Shown here piece by piece: positions 26,401-38,900 of a stretch of 64,000 nt of DNA (position 1 is its first letter; every line of letters starts with the position of its first letter). The stretch spans positions 7,688,001 through 7,752,000 of the forward strand of contig OZ004614.1 of the NCBI GenBank assembly GCA_963924565.1. The letters are read 5' to 3'. The notes below the pieces were generated by a model. The model made no database searches. It had not been told where the DNA came from and saw nothing but the letters and a program-made list of their open reading frames with translations. A program made the translations under genes and the position numbers. The DNA comes from Ascidiella aspersa (taxonomy: Eukaryota).

Positions 26401-27379
26401 AGAAGAAGGTCCCAGGGCGTCCCTACCTCGCAGATAATTCCGCCGCTTCATCAATGCCCGAACTGGTGCACAAAAAGAATCAGGTATGTTGTGGAAAATA
26501 GAACTCCATAAACTGTTTGTAGACCATGAGTTTTTTTATTAATTCCAAACACAAATGTGCGCAAATGCATGCAGGAACAAACAACAAGAAATGCTTTGTT
26601 CATTGCTGTTAAACTGAAGGCTTCCATCGAATATGAATTAATTAAACGGTCGCATAATGATGCAAGTACGAGCGAAATCGTTTAAAACTTCAAAACAATA
26701 TTTGGTACAGTTTTTCATTGCGATTGGCAAGGGCAAAGCGTTTTATTCAGTTTAAATACTAAAGAAAATAATTTATTTGACAAATTATGCATTAAGATTT
26801 CAACAAGGCTTTCGTGGACTCCCAAAAACTATTCTACGTAACCCTAACAAAGTCTAAGGACTCGTGGCTTGGATAAATCTATTAACATATAATCCTTGTT
26901 TCACTACAAAGGCAAACGGCAAGGATCCAAGAGCTCTTCCAGCCAGGAATCGCTTGCGTCCTCCTCAGATGTCCTTCTCCGGTCAATCTCTGGCAGCCCA
27001 GAAGCGCTACAAGCAGCCGCGTCCATCTGCCCCTGACATCTTCATCCAGTGCGCCTACACCTCTGGAGAGGACGTTTCTCGCATCCGGGAGCACCTGGAG
27101 CAAGTCGCGGCCAAAGCGCGACTCGAGGAGCAGAAGAGCGTTCCTGCAGAGGAGCAAGAGGACTCGCACCTCTTGGAAGGCGGAAGCACCGAGAGCGGTT
27201 TCTACTACGACTCGCCGAGGCCCTCTATCGGCAGCTCGCAGGACAGTTTGTTGAGCGCTAGAGGGCCACCGAGCAACTTCTACGACGCACCGCGTCCGTC
27301 GCTGCCCAACATCTTCCCTGAAGACGTGCGCCGGCTCGTAGCGTCCTCCGAGAGCTTGCGCGAAGGCGGAGACTTATAG
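14484..27379 (+). CDS. Type I single-pass membrane protein, 836 aa: signal peptide, two divergent CUB-like modules, TM helix, long Tyr/Pro-rich cytoplasmic tail
   Basis: Exons 14484-14782, 15449-15603, 18303-18482, 20143-20331, 21144-21406, 22121-22315, 23961-24210, 25972-26483 and 26912-27379. All are GT-AG with matching phases, totalling 2511 nt with no internal stop. Signal peptide MKLPAALSRSLTLLLFFICA; TM AIGLGCAGVFVILVFAVACVVL followed by KKRRKR. The CUB-like call rests only on the pattern C..GYIRI.D...IC...P....V.I.F...F...Y. Confidence 0.85.
17469..17824. mobile_element. GACTT-rich MITE (opposite orientation)
   Basis: CAGTGTTTTAAAC..TTACAACACTG with AAGTC arrays; reverse-complement homologue of 48368-48886. 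Confidence 0.85.
22483..22749. mobile_element. hAT-type MITE
   Basis: CAGTGTTTCTTAAAC / GTTGAGAACCACTG termini, GCGGCACCC subterminal motifs, degenerate TSD. Confidence 0.75.
23095..23427. mobile_element. GACTT-rich MITE
   Basis: CAGTGTTGTAATGA..TTTACAACACAG with GACTT arrays. More decayed copies lie at about 395-740, 21745-22050 and 54058-54503. Confidence 0.8.
24304..25393. repeat. Tandem array of 9 near-identical 118-bp units in intron 7 of the membrane-protein gene
   Basis: GCCCGAAGGCGG recurs at 24433, 24551, 24669, 24787, 24905, 25023, 25141, 25259 and 25377 (last copy GCCCAAAGG), a constant 118-bp period. The first unit carries about 22 extra bp. Confidence 0.97.
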
Positions 27380-29727
27380 CTCGCTGGACAGTGTTCGATG
27401 TAGGGTAATAATGTCCTCCGTCATACTTTTAGGAAACCCTGAGTGCAGTACCCCTTTAACTTCAGGTTGAAGAGGCTGTTAAGGTAATCCTGACGTTCCT
27501 CGTTGAGGCGTTGCATTCTTATGGATTTAAAGGCGGACAGTGGATGATTTGAGGACCCCTGCGGGAAGCAACGATCTATTGTAGTGTCCTTGGTGTGGTT
27601 GACCGTCGTAAGTCGTAACCTAGGCCGTGGGGCCTCGTGACAAACTACAGGGCGCCGCCGGCGATTATGCGACGGACGAGTAATGATTAAAGACTAAAAG
27701 TTGACACCGGAGAAGTGTGTGTCGCGGGTAGATCCAGATTTTTTCTTGACTGGGGGGGGCGTGAATGTTTTTAGCAATGACGTCACAACGTTTCACCATA
27801 ATGGGACGTCAAAATGTATTTACAAAACGCAGCTGAAAACTGATCTTATCACGTAATTCGCAAAAAAATTTGCATTTATTTTGTTTAAATTGGCTTAATT
27901 TTAAATTCAAATGATACGACTCGCATTATTTCGATCGAATTTACCAGAAATTGCACACGAAGAGTTTATTAGTCACATGGCACAACATGCCAAAGTATAA
28001 AGGGCGCCTTTGGGCTGAATATATAAACAGCCAAATAGCCTGGAAAAAGAAAATAAATTCGAGCTTTGAATTTTTGTTTGGGATTTAGTAAAAATAAGTA
28101 AAAAAGTTTAGCTTTTTTTAGGGAGTGGCCTGATGAGCTACGTTAAAACCTGCTTTTTACAACTTGTTCTTCCGTATGTAAAAAGAAATATTTTTCAAAC
28201 ACATATGCCAAACGGGCTACAGTGTCCACTGAAAAATCACCACTTTAGAAAAATCACTTCTTTACACGGGCTACAGTGTCCGTGAAAAATCAGTACTTTA
28301 TGTATTGCCTTCTGTTCTCAAAAGTTGCTGCAATTTAGACACATTTCAGACGAAGCAGCATATTTTTCAGTATTTTTTGTCTGCGCATAAGTTTAGACTA
28401 CTTTCAGGTAAATTTGCATCGCACATTTAGGCGCTAAAACACTACGTTAATACTCGCGCCTTGCAAATTTCTGTCACATTCGTCATTGTAAAAGCCACGG
28501 TTTATATTTATATGTATTGCTTTCCACAAACGCGCACCCTTTGAAATCCGACTGTTTACGTGCAATATATAAATCATAAATGTATGTCTCCAGCGTAATT
28601 TTCCAATTTTTGGTGAGGAAAGCGTTTTATTCATTTCCATGAAACACCTATCGTTTAGGAACAATTGTAACGCAATATCGTCGATTTTCTTTGCAATAAA
28701 ACAATCTGTTTTGTTTGTAGTTAACTCTGTTAAAAGAGTTGAGTTATTAAAAGGAAAGCTTTCCCTTTAAAACAGTCATACATTACTTAAAGCAAGTTTT
28801 CCAAAACTCCGATTTTTCTTCAGAGCAAACCAATGTAGAGCAATAGTTATGTTGCAGTAACTCATTACCGATATCATTGCAAGGCAGGTTACCCGAAAAC
28901 ACTTTTGCTTGGCTGATACATCAGCTAAAATATAAACAGTTTAGGTTGAAACCATGAGTTAAACAGTAGTGGACAATTATTTAGAGTTTACTTAGGGGTT
29001 AGATTAATGTACTAATAAACATTTCAAATAAAATTCAAGGGCCCCTATATTAGATACCAAACCCACTGTATTATTTTTTGTACAAAAAATAAATTCACTG
29101 GAATTTCTGTTTAATTCCTGTGCAATTTATCGTGCAGAAATTCTGAAAAGTTAGGAAGCAGATATATATCATCATGTCGACAAAAAATGTTCCAAAATTT
29201 ACAGTACAAACGTTAATACAAATCGAAACCGAAGGTTTGTGCGGACGCAGTTTTTTAAAATCCTACGTGATGCACTTCATTCTGTTTTAGAGAGTACCAT
29301 ATTTTTATCACATTAAAAACCATACCTTTTTACAACAGCAGTTTTTCTGTTTAGGTTCCAATGCCAGTAAACAAAATTTTTGGGTGAATTATATTTTATA
29401 CTCCTCCCTAAATGCATAACGAAGTTGACTTTAGAACCTCATACATAAGCATAGCCTACAGCTTCCTAAAAACGCAATTGGGTTGTAAAAGAAAGTACAT
29501 TGTGATTAAACCTAAAAGAGGAACGCCAGATACGACGTTTGGTAAATAAAATGTACAACATTAATGACCTATGCCGCAACCTTCGATATTTTAAAATTAA
29601 ACTGTACATTTTTCGTCACAGCATGCGGCTGTTAACAGTTACCTGGTGTCCTACAGCAAAGCAAATCAACGCCTTTGCTTGGCCTTAAGCATTCTTAAAT
29701 TGTTTGATTACTTGCTTCCCTCTAGGC

Positions 29728-30039
29728 CAGCGTTTCTCAACCGGTGCGCCATGGAAGGCTGCTAGGTGCGCCGCGAGAAAAAGGAAAACCATGTCGAAAT
29801 AAGTCCAAAACTAATCGGAATAAGACTTTAATGGACAAAATAACGTTTTTAGTCTCAAAGGCTGGAAGTCCCTTTAAAGATATGCAACTATAAAACCCAT
29901 ATAATAAAAAATGCAGGCCATTTAAGACAAATATAAGTACACTTCAAAAATTTCGCGCTCGCTTCGCTCGTAAGGTGCGCCGCCACGTTTTCATACGTCT
30001 CTAGGTGCGCCCCCAAGTAAAAAAGGTTAAGAAACACTG
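29728..30039. mobile_element. hAT-type MITE
   Basis: TIRs CAGCGTTTCTCAACC / GGTTAAGAAACACTG; TSD CTCTAGGC; GGTGCGCC subterminal repeats. Confidence 0.9.
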
Positions 30040-30649
30040 CTCTAGGCACAACTGAGTGCTTTCCGCCCCAAAATAATCCATGGAAAACAAAAGAATTTTA
30101 ATTAACTTTGCATTTGGAAAACCGCACAGCTCAGTAAGGTTTGTGTGCGGTTAGGAACAGGACTAGTAAGGGTTTATCAAGAGTAGCTAGATGTAATGGC
30201 AGGCTAATACTCGTATGTTAGCATTTTGATCTGTGTTGAGTAACATACGTCTTAGAAGAGTAAAAAAGCTTTAGCGTAGTTTTTCATCTTTAGAATTTAC
30301 AGGCAATTTACTTACGAGTTAATTGCAAGGTTTAGATTTAGTGTTTCTTTTCTTTACGATATATACAATGTTCACGGCAAATCTATTGACTATACACGGT
30401 GTCGACTTGTGCCACATTTGGTTTTAAGTGAACCTCAACATGCCCGAAATCTAATGGGCATTGTTATACCTAGCGCCTGTAAAACGAATGAAGTATTACT
30501 ACAAGCAAACAACTGAACTAGTTTTGTTTTATTGAAGATTCAACGGCTCTGCGATAAGAAGACGAAGGTGGAAAATACAAACCAAAATCCAGGTTCGATC
30601 GAAGTAAGTTAACCCTGCGAAAAGAGGAATTTTTAAGATCGATTTAGGA

Positions 30650-31177
30650 CAGGGATGTCCGACCCGCGCCCGCCTGATATTTACGTGCGGCCCACCACTT
30701 ATTGCCACTTTCAGTAACCTTTATTAAAAACAATTGTTTCGACTATCATCAAAACGTAAAGATCGCGCACGATTTGATGCAGGCCTAATCTTTTGTTTTT
30801 TCTGGGACTAAAATCGAGTCTAATGTCGCATCTCAACATCCATCGAACACTTTGTGCACCCATCATTGCTAAGTAAGATGTGTGTTTTTTTAAATGTGTA
30901 TGTTTCCGGACCGTTTTAAGGAAATATGTCAGCCCAAACATGTGAAAACTCAAATTTTCGAAAAATCAAATTCGAGATTAAAAAGGTCGAGATTTACTTG
31001 CATATTTGCGCACGAGTTGACTCTCGAAGAGCGGTTGGTTATAAGTTAGGTTGTTTTATGACGTCACGATATGACGTAACTTATGACGCCACCTTTTAAT
31101 TTAATAGGTTTTGTGGTCCATCGAAATTTTTAAAGTGGCAATGCGGCCCATTCTGCTTAAAAGGTTGGACATCCCTG
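30650..31177. mobile_element. hAT-type MITE
   Basis: TIRs CAGGGATGTCCGACC / GGTTGGACATCCCTG; TSD ATTTAGGA. Confidence 0.9.
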
Positions 31178-32069
31178 ATTTAGGAAGATTATAGACGAAC
31201 TGTAAAAGTACAACTAAAATCTTGAATTCTAGGGCGTAACTAGATTTGTCCTTGCGAATATTGTAGTCAATAAAAAATTTAACATAAAATGGCTGATTGA
31301 TTTAAATGCATCATTTGTTAATAACTATTTGGCATACGCTGCCAACAAAATCAATTTAAAAAAAGCATTTGGCAAAAAAAATGAGTATAATCGAACTAAT
31401 AGTTGATAGTTTCTCTTAATTAAAGTCTCCACTTTAGACGCACGCTGTACTATTTTTCTGCATTTTATTTAAACATTGAAATGATTTTTAAGGCAAGGGA
31501 TGCAAGAAATCTCACTTCACCGAAAGCCAATACGTCATCAAGAGTGAACACGTCATCGCAAGCCAACGCGTCATTAGTTCGTTGGGCAACTGTAAGCTGG
31601 GTGGGTTAGTAGTTGTAGGCTTTTAATAAGGTTGTTATATGAAGTGTTATGTACATTTACCCTCGTTAACAGTCAATTGCAAAGTATATTTTTATTTGTT
31701 AAAATGCTGTAAATATTGCCTCAAAATATTGCGCTATAGTGTCGGACTTGTGCACTACGTTTTACCCGACGTTAAACTAAATCAGTCATTCTTAACCCAT
31801 GGCAGCATAGGCGGACCACTATAGTATAGGTATAATGCAGATGAAGTTTAAGAACACTTAAAAGCGAACACAAATTGGTATTTTACCTTTGACAAAATAA
31901 CGTTTACGTGCAGATAATTCTCCAAGCCACGTCACCAATCGGATCAATGACATCACAAAGGCCATCTTTCTATCTACGCATCATACGGATACCAAGTGAC
32001 ATAACAATTATCATATCGAGGCTGTAGCGCGTCAATTTCGATTGTCGGATATACATTGTATTTTGAACA

Positions 32070-32368
32070 CAGTGATTCTCAACCTATAGTAAACTAAACC
32101 ACAGTTTCAAGTGGTATTTGATGCGGCTTTTAAGTCTCATGTGGAGTTAAGTCAAATTATTGCGGCTCTGCGTGAGTTAAAATCTCACCACTTTAATTCG
32201 GACTACCTTGAATGTGTGGTGAGCCTGGGTGACTAGGTCTTTAATTATTATTTTTGGGTTCAATAAGATTAGTTAGAGTGGGGGAGTTGTTTGTTTTAGG
32301 CCGTTTGGTATGCGGGGACACCACAAAGTCACTAAATGTGACCTAGTTAAAAAAGTTGAGAATCACTG
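32070..32368. mobile_element. hAT-type MITE
   Basis: TIRs CAGTGATTCTCAAC / GTTGAGAATCACTG; degenerate TSD. Confidence 0.8.
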
Positions 32369-33199
32369 TTTTAGCAGGTGAAAACCTGCAGACTTTTCTG
32401 TGCATTTCATAATGCACATGACGTAATTAATACGTCACTGTTTTTATTTTCTCGCGTTTTTGTTTTTGCGTTTATTGGACGTTGTAAATACGTCTAGCGG
32501 TTTTATATCGGCGGATATAGTAAAAGAACACGTTTTCGTTTTTTTCATCGAAAAAGGTTTCGCGGCAAATGTTACGCACGTTTTTTTTTGCGCATAAGTT
32601 AAACTCTCGCATTCGTCGCCATAAACGCAAATGTTGCGGTTTCGTAATCTTTGAGCTTGTCATCAATATTTTTGTATACAGCGTTGTTAGTTTTACGCTT
32701 ATTCAACAATATTGTCAGACAAGCACAGCAATGCATTTATTTTTGCATTGCCTTTGTCCTACAATCGAAGCCATACAATTAGTATTGTTTTTAATTACTA
32801 TTTATTTTTGGTTCAGGGTTACTGTTGAATGTTGGTTATTCGACAAAGTTTTTTTTACTAAGATTAATCTTTCATCCCGTATAAACTAGGCAGTTTTGTA
32901 AATTAAATATGAAAAGCCCCCCCCCCCCCCCCCCCCCCAATAAATGTTGAAACGCGGATAGTTTTTTTTCGTGGCGCTGTTAGTATTTTATAGGGTTTAT
33001 TCAACTTTAAAAATATGTTTAGTTCAATCACTGTATTGTAATGCTGCTCGGCATTTGTCATTTTTTCCGGATATGAGTAAACTTGTTTTCACCTGAACCA
33101 AAAATATTTTTTTATTGTGTGTACATATGATGCTAGCCGACTCTTGACGTAATCTTCGCCGCCGCAAATTCGCTTATGCGCGTAAATGGTTAAATTAGC

Positions 33200-34480
33200 G
33201 CCTATGGAGCAAAGATATAGGGTTAAGGCTGTCAATCAATCCATGATGCCCAACCAAAGCTCAAGAAAGCAAGACAAGCCTGCCGAGTAAGTTTTGTTTT
33301 TGTTTTTGCATGACGCTAAGAAAAAAGTTTTTCAATTAAATTTTGATTTTGTTAGAATGATGATAGGATCGCTGCCATCAGCTGACGAATCCTGAAGCCT
33401 TAAAAGATCAGATCTGAATCCCCCGTAGCGGGTAAGTAACATTTAGTACATATTGGTGAGAATTAGATATTAACTTTATTAGCTTTTAAAGTTTTACACC
33501 AGCTAATATTCGCCCAAAAAACGCAAATCCTATTCGCAAATTAATTGAATCAATATGTTAAAAATACATAACCTTAATTTTACACAAACCCTCAAAGCTA
33601 TTGTATATATTAAGTTTGATGTAGCGATAATCCTAGTTTTTTAGGTACTACTTTTTAATAGATAAAAATTGAAGCTAACCATGCAGTTTTTTTAATGATT
33701 TATGTATGCTATTAACTTAACCTCAACAAATATCTTTAAGCTAAAATTTGAATTAGTTTTCTTAATTTTATCTTCAATAGAATATCCCGATGTATACGAA
33801 GCGAGTGGACAGTGCAAGAATCCAAAAGAAAGAAAAGTTTTCAAGTTTTGTCGGGTAACTATAGGGACAGCGTCTGCAATTTATACTTACATTGACCTTT
33901 TGTTTTTCCAGATCCGATCGTCTTGCAACAGGAGGAATGAACGGAACTTTGAAGATAAACGGCTCCTGTGAAGCTCATCAAGGTGATTATAATTGTTTTT
34001 TTGTATTGTTAAAACGTTAACCGGTAACTGTTGACGAAGCTACTTCTCAACATGCAAGTTTGAGCATATTGCCAGGTAATTGTGGACCACCGCTTTCGTT
34101 TATTCCAGTTTTATGGCAGCTGTTACAGTCAGTTGTAGAGGTCAGGCGAGTCGTAAGCCTAAATAGCTTTACTGTATGAACTTTTTTTATTTACAGGTGC
34201 ACAACCGATTTTTGTACGCAGGTTCAATTTAACAGTTATTCCACAGGCTGTAGGTTTGTAAATAGGGTTGATTTAAATAGTATTAATGTTGTTCTTAACA
34301 GTCAAGTGGAAGTGAAAAAGCAAATTGTTTGAGGTAAGCTAATTTTGTTATTTTTAAAGCAAAAAAATGAATTGATTTTTTTATTTTTTTAATTCAGATT
34401 GACCGATGACCCTTTACCGAACTGGCAGCAAAAGAACAAAACCGCTATTTGCAACGTTAAAATGCAATAAAAAATAAACG
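33200..34480 (+). ncRNA. Candidate spliced transcript with no long ORF (lncRNA or decayed gene)
   Basis: Exon-like blocks ..-33286, 33356-33431, 33781-33854, 33912-33982, 34302-34333 and 34398-~34490 are bounded by strong donors and T-rich acceptors, with introns of 57-349 nt and two AATAAA at about 34466-34478. Exon 33356-33431 is closed in all three frames. Confidence 0.5.
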
Positions 34481-35620
34481 TGTTATGTCGTTTGTGTTGT
34501 TGTACGTATCTTCATTTAACTATAAGAAATATATATAAAATTTTAAAATATAGTTACATTGCAGAGCAAAAATATATCCGTAAAAAACGTTTATGTTTTG
34601 TTGCGGCCAACCAACAACCTAACAAGTGACACTATAAACAGTATGACCCCATATAGCTAATCGTTAATGATAGAAGAATCGTAGAAAACATTAATTAAAT
34701 GTAATACACCATAACAGTGATGTTAATTTTGCAATCTTGTCACTCCAAATGTATCCTGTAGTAATTTTAGTTCCACCGAATGTGTATGTTACCAAAAGGA
34801 CATTTCATCAGTTTTTTTTTTTTTTTTTTTGCTTGCCCGATCTAACACGATTACTTCTAAATAAAAACAGCGAAAATAAACACAACAGTTGGACTACAAA
34901 GTTGTATCTCAGTGGTTCCAAACCCTTTGAACCCGCGGCCCACGAGAGGGCCACCACTGGTTTACAATGACACCACACCGATACGATTGAGCCGCTTTAC
35001 TGCCTCGATCCGGGTTAATTTCGACTGGAATATGCGGATTTCGTCGACGTAAATGTTTTTTATTAAAAAAAATGCTAGTTTTGGGTGGGACATTCTCGTA
35101 TCGTAAAGGCGTCATCCTGTACTTTTAAACCTATTCTACTTTAACGGAAATTATACCTTTAACAGATAAAAATATGTATTGTGTTGAGTGAGTAACTACT
35201 TTGCAAGATGACCGTACAATCCATTACTTACGCCAATTTTTTGGCACACTTTCTAGACGACAAAGCATCATCAAGTATTTGAATACAAAATACCTTGCTT
35301 GAATATTTTGTTTGAATCAGTTTACCGATGAATAAACCTAAAATTTTGATAAAGACTTACAATCACCGAATATATACAGCAGTATAAACCTCAATACTTG
35401 CCACACCAAGGTGTCGTATGACTAATATTATAGTACGTTGGGTTTGTTTTTTATAATTTTTATAGATTCGTGGCACACAGTTTTATGAGAATCCTTGCAC
35501 TACAGGCAAAGTACATCAAACAGAAACTACACAAAAGCCCGACTCATTAAACAACGTCTTGCAGATAGTAGCGAAACTTTATGACCGACTAAAGAGAAAT
35601 ACAAAACCTTTCCTGTACGG

Positions 35621-35935
35621 TTATTTGTCGATTGCGTTTGCCAGGATTGCAAGTAAAGAAACAGAGCAGCGCTTGGCGTAAGCAATCGGATTTCATCCAT
35701 CGCGAGCTTGTATAGCCGCTGTAAAGCAGCAGCAGAGTCACAGCGCTCACTGAGGCCATCGTTTCGCGTTTTATGCGTTTAAAAAGTGGGTGGTTCTTGT
35801 ACATATCCGCCAGTATGTTCCCTCTGAGGTTTTGTGCGGGTACGGGGTGTCGGGAACGTCTTTGCCCAAGAACTTGCAAAGGTTTTTCCAACCGTCTTTG
35901 GCGGAGTGGATCAACAACTTGTTTTTCGGCGCGTT
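35621..35935 (-). pseudogene. Orphan terminal exon of a sulfotransferase-like gene, frameshifted
   Basis: Clearly homologous to 61859-62173 and retains its TTTCAG acceptor. NAPKNKLLIHSAKDGWKNLCKFLGKDVPDTPYPHK is followed by a 1-nt deletion and further small indels. I saw no exon 1-3 homologues at 36-42 kb. Confidence 0.85.
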
Positions 35936-38900
35936 CTGAAATGTTTTATCGCAAATTTTAAAAACTTTTGCAAGGATTATTAGGTTAAATAAAAACTGTG
36001 GAAAACTTTGTACAAACCACAAACCCCAGGTGATCAAACACACCGGCTGTTTTGTAAGGCTATATCGTTACTAACGGCTATATAATTATATTAAAACTTG
36101 AGGATGCTTATGTTACACAACTCACAAAATAAAGTTGAAATAGTCAAAAAGTATTTAAAATGGACTAGTGTATAGTTTGTCGAAGAGGCAGCGGGCCCGA
36201 TGAATTACAGCGACCGCTTGATTGATTTATATTAATAATTGTCCAACACACACTTGCTGATCAGCCAACCCGAACGAATAACGAAAGGCGAAAGAGAAAA
36301 AATATCCTGCGTTTGATTTTTTTTTAACAGGCGTTTTGCGTTTGATTTTGGTTTCGCATTAGCAAGACGCGTGACTCAATTACACTGAAAAAAACACGCA
36401 GCTTCGGACGGTGAGTTGAACACTGACAAAAACGAACAAAAAACGATAATGTCACTTACAATAAGGGGGGGGCGAACCCCCAAAACCCCCACGGAAACGC
36501 CACTAATCAGGTTATGCTATGCAGAATTTACTGCCGTAACGTTTTGATAAAATAAAATATTCGAGTAAAAATTTTTGAAGAAAGCTGCGCATACTCACCT
36601 AAAGATTTAATAGGGCGATTATCAAAACTCACCAATACCTAAACACTGTTTTCGACTCTATAAAATGTATTAAATTAGTTTTTGTTGTTGTAGAACAATA
36701 AATGTTTTTTTGTGGAAAATACTGCCAGGATATTACTGAGCTTATTTTTTAAGATTGGATATTTAAAAAAAAACTAAAATTAATTTTAAATATATGTTTT
36801 CTTAGTAAAATTCGTAAGCCTTGGCAAACTACCCCTTTTGCATCTACGCCAGAAGTGAACGGGGGACATTTTCGGGCCATATCTGTTTTTCCTTTCAGAA
36901 ACAAATCAAGGAAAAGTTTGGGGTGTATATTTGTCTATAAAAGAAGCGGGGTTGGTAAGACTGAAACAAATGATTTTTGCATAGTTTTTACAAAACAAAA
37001 ACATAACAAAAAATGTATCCCTTGCCTAACTCCCCCCCCCCCCCTTTGCATCTTTAAAAGTCATGGGTGAAGGCAAGACATTTTTGTCCTATATCTGTTT
37101 TGCCTGCAGAAACAAGTCAAGGTAAGTACAACTTAATATATACCCAAAAACCAACAAACCAAACTCAAACTGTATATAAATAATATTACAAGAAGTTACC
37201 CGGTAAATTATCCTATTTATAATGACCCAATTATTGAACCACCCATGAAAATAAATAAGGCCCTGAAAAGTACCGGAACTTGACCAAACGAGACACAAAT
37301 GAAACTGAAGGCTCCCATCTTCGTTAATATGATCCAAGCACTGTTAATGCGGAAATACGAATGCCAGCCTCATTAAGGCCACTGTTCAACAAACTACGGA
37401 TTGCTAAATGCGGGACTACAACGCTAACAGTTAACATTTTGAGTTCTTGTTGTTAAAATGTTGCTGCGTGAGATAAAGCTGTTCACATTTGACACTTAAG
37501 GCCGACTATGTGTTTTGTGAGAAGATTGTCGTTCTCCAACTTTTGCACCGATAAAAAGTTGATTTATTGTAAAAATTTACACGATTTCCGTACACATACA
37601 ATACTACAGGGTCGGCAAACTACGGTCGGCGGCCGGATCCAAAAAAACAACATAAAAAGTTTAAGGTTCCCATTCAAACCACACCACAAACTGGAATTAC
37701 GATTTTTTTCAATTGCAAAACAATTCTAGGTCCGCCGATGATTGACGGTTTTGTAATAAAAAGTCTAAAAACTATATGTTTTAACAACAAAAGTATTCCG
37801 TTTAATGCATTATGGCCCGCCGAGACATTTTTGAATTTGGATTTGCCCGCGACTGGGAAAATGTTGCCCCTGTCCGACTTTATGATGCTATTGGGGCGTT
37901 TAGTATACACACCGCTTCATGTAATTCAAGGTTGTTGCGATGTGTACCGGTATGAATCGGAGTTGTTTTGACTAGTGGCTCGAAGTGTTTTGTTACAGAG
38001 CGTTGTGTTAAGCGTTGGAGCAAACGTAGAAAAGCCAGGGGCGGGGCACGAGGCCATTTCATCTATTTTGACGACTATAACAATGTAACTGTAAACAAAA
38101 ACTAAATTACATTTCTAGTGTGTCTTAACCTATTGGCATAAAATGGCTTTAGCTCAAAGGCGCCATGCGACTCATCGCACCATCGGAAAAGAATGTTTTA
38201 CAACTTGAACGATACAAAGTCGTTTCTTAGCTTTGCACGAATCGATAATATATTGACATATTTTTAACGCAAGTTTCGTATTGAAAGTAACAACTCTCCA
38301 ACCTAAAACTTTAACAAAATAAGCGAACTGTGTTTGCTTTTTATGACTTTACATTTAGATATAACTTGCGACGTCATCTCTATATAAAGGTTTCCCACAA
38401 AACAAAAATTAATAATATGGTAATAATAAGTATTTTTTAGTCACAATTTGTTCATTTAACTCATTAAAACTCACAAAGAAACGTTAGCAGTTTGCAGTTT
38501 TACTCAAAATGTTTCACCTTGATTTATATAAGCCTATTGGATTTAATAGTTGCAAAAGGGTAGTCATTACAAGCCACTGTAACAGAGTGTTTCAGTTCCT
38601 CATTTAGCTTCGCAACTTTTATTAACAAGCAAGCGAGTTCGCCTGCTGGTGGAATGCAGTGGGGTTATTGTGTAGCAGCCAAGCACAGCCGAACGGGAAA
38701 TTTACTGTGACAAAGAGTAACCCGGCATTTCGCTTGACGAATTTATTTGCCCCTCTCCTGCAGAGAATGAAAAGATGAACTGCTCTGTGGAAGACAAACG
38801 TCATATTTGTCAGACCTAACTCGCCTATATGTTGATTCATTTGACGAGGATGCGAACGTTTTTGCACAATGTGCGCGAAAATGTGTAAAAAAATGGTGTT

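Noticed and set aside
25926-27169. Minus-strand ORFs 25926-26390 and 26882-27169
   Set aside because: They are antisense shadows of GC-rich receptor exons 8 and 9.
32917-32938. Poly-C tract as a functional G-quadruplex
   Set aside because: A simple homopolymer of uncertain length with nothing in the context to support a function.
33357-33417. C/D box snoRNA (ATGATGA..CTGA..CTGA)
   Set aside because: It lies in an exon-like block rather than an intron, has no convincing terminal stem, and I recognise no rRNA-complementary guide. A snoscan run would settle it.
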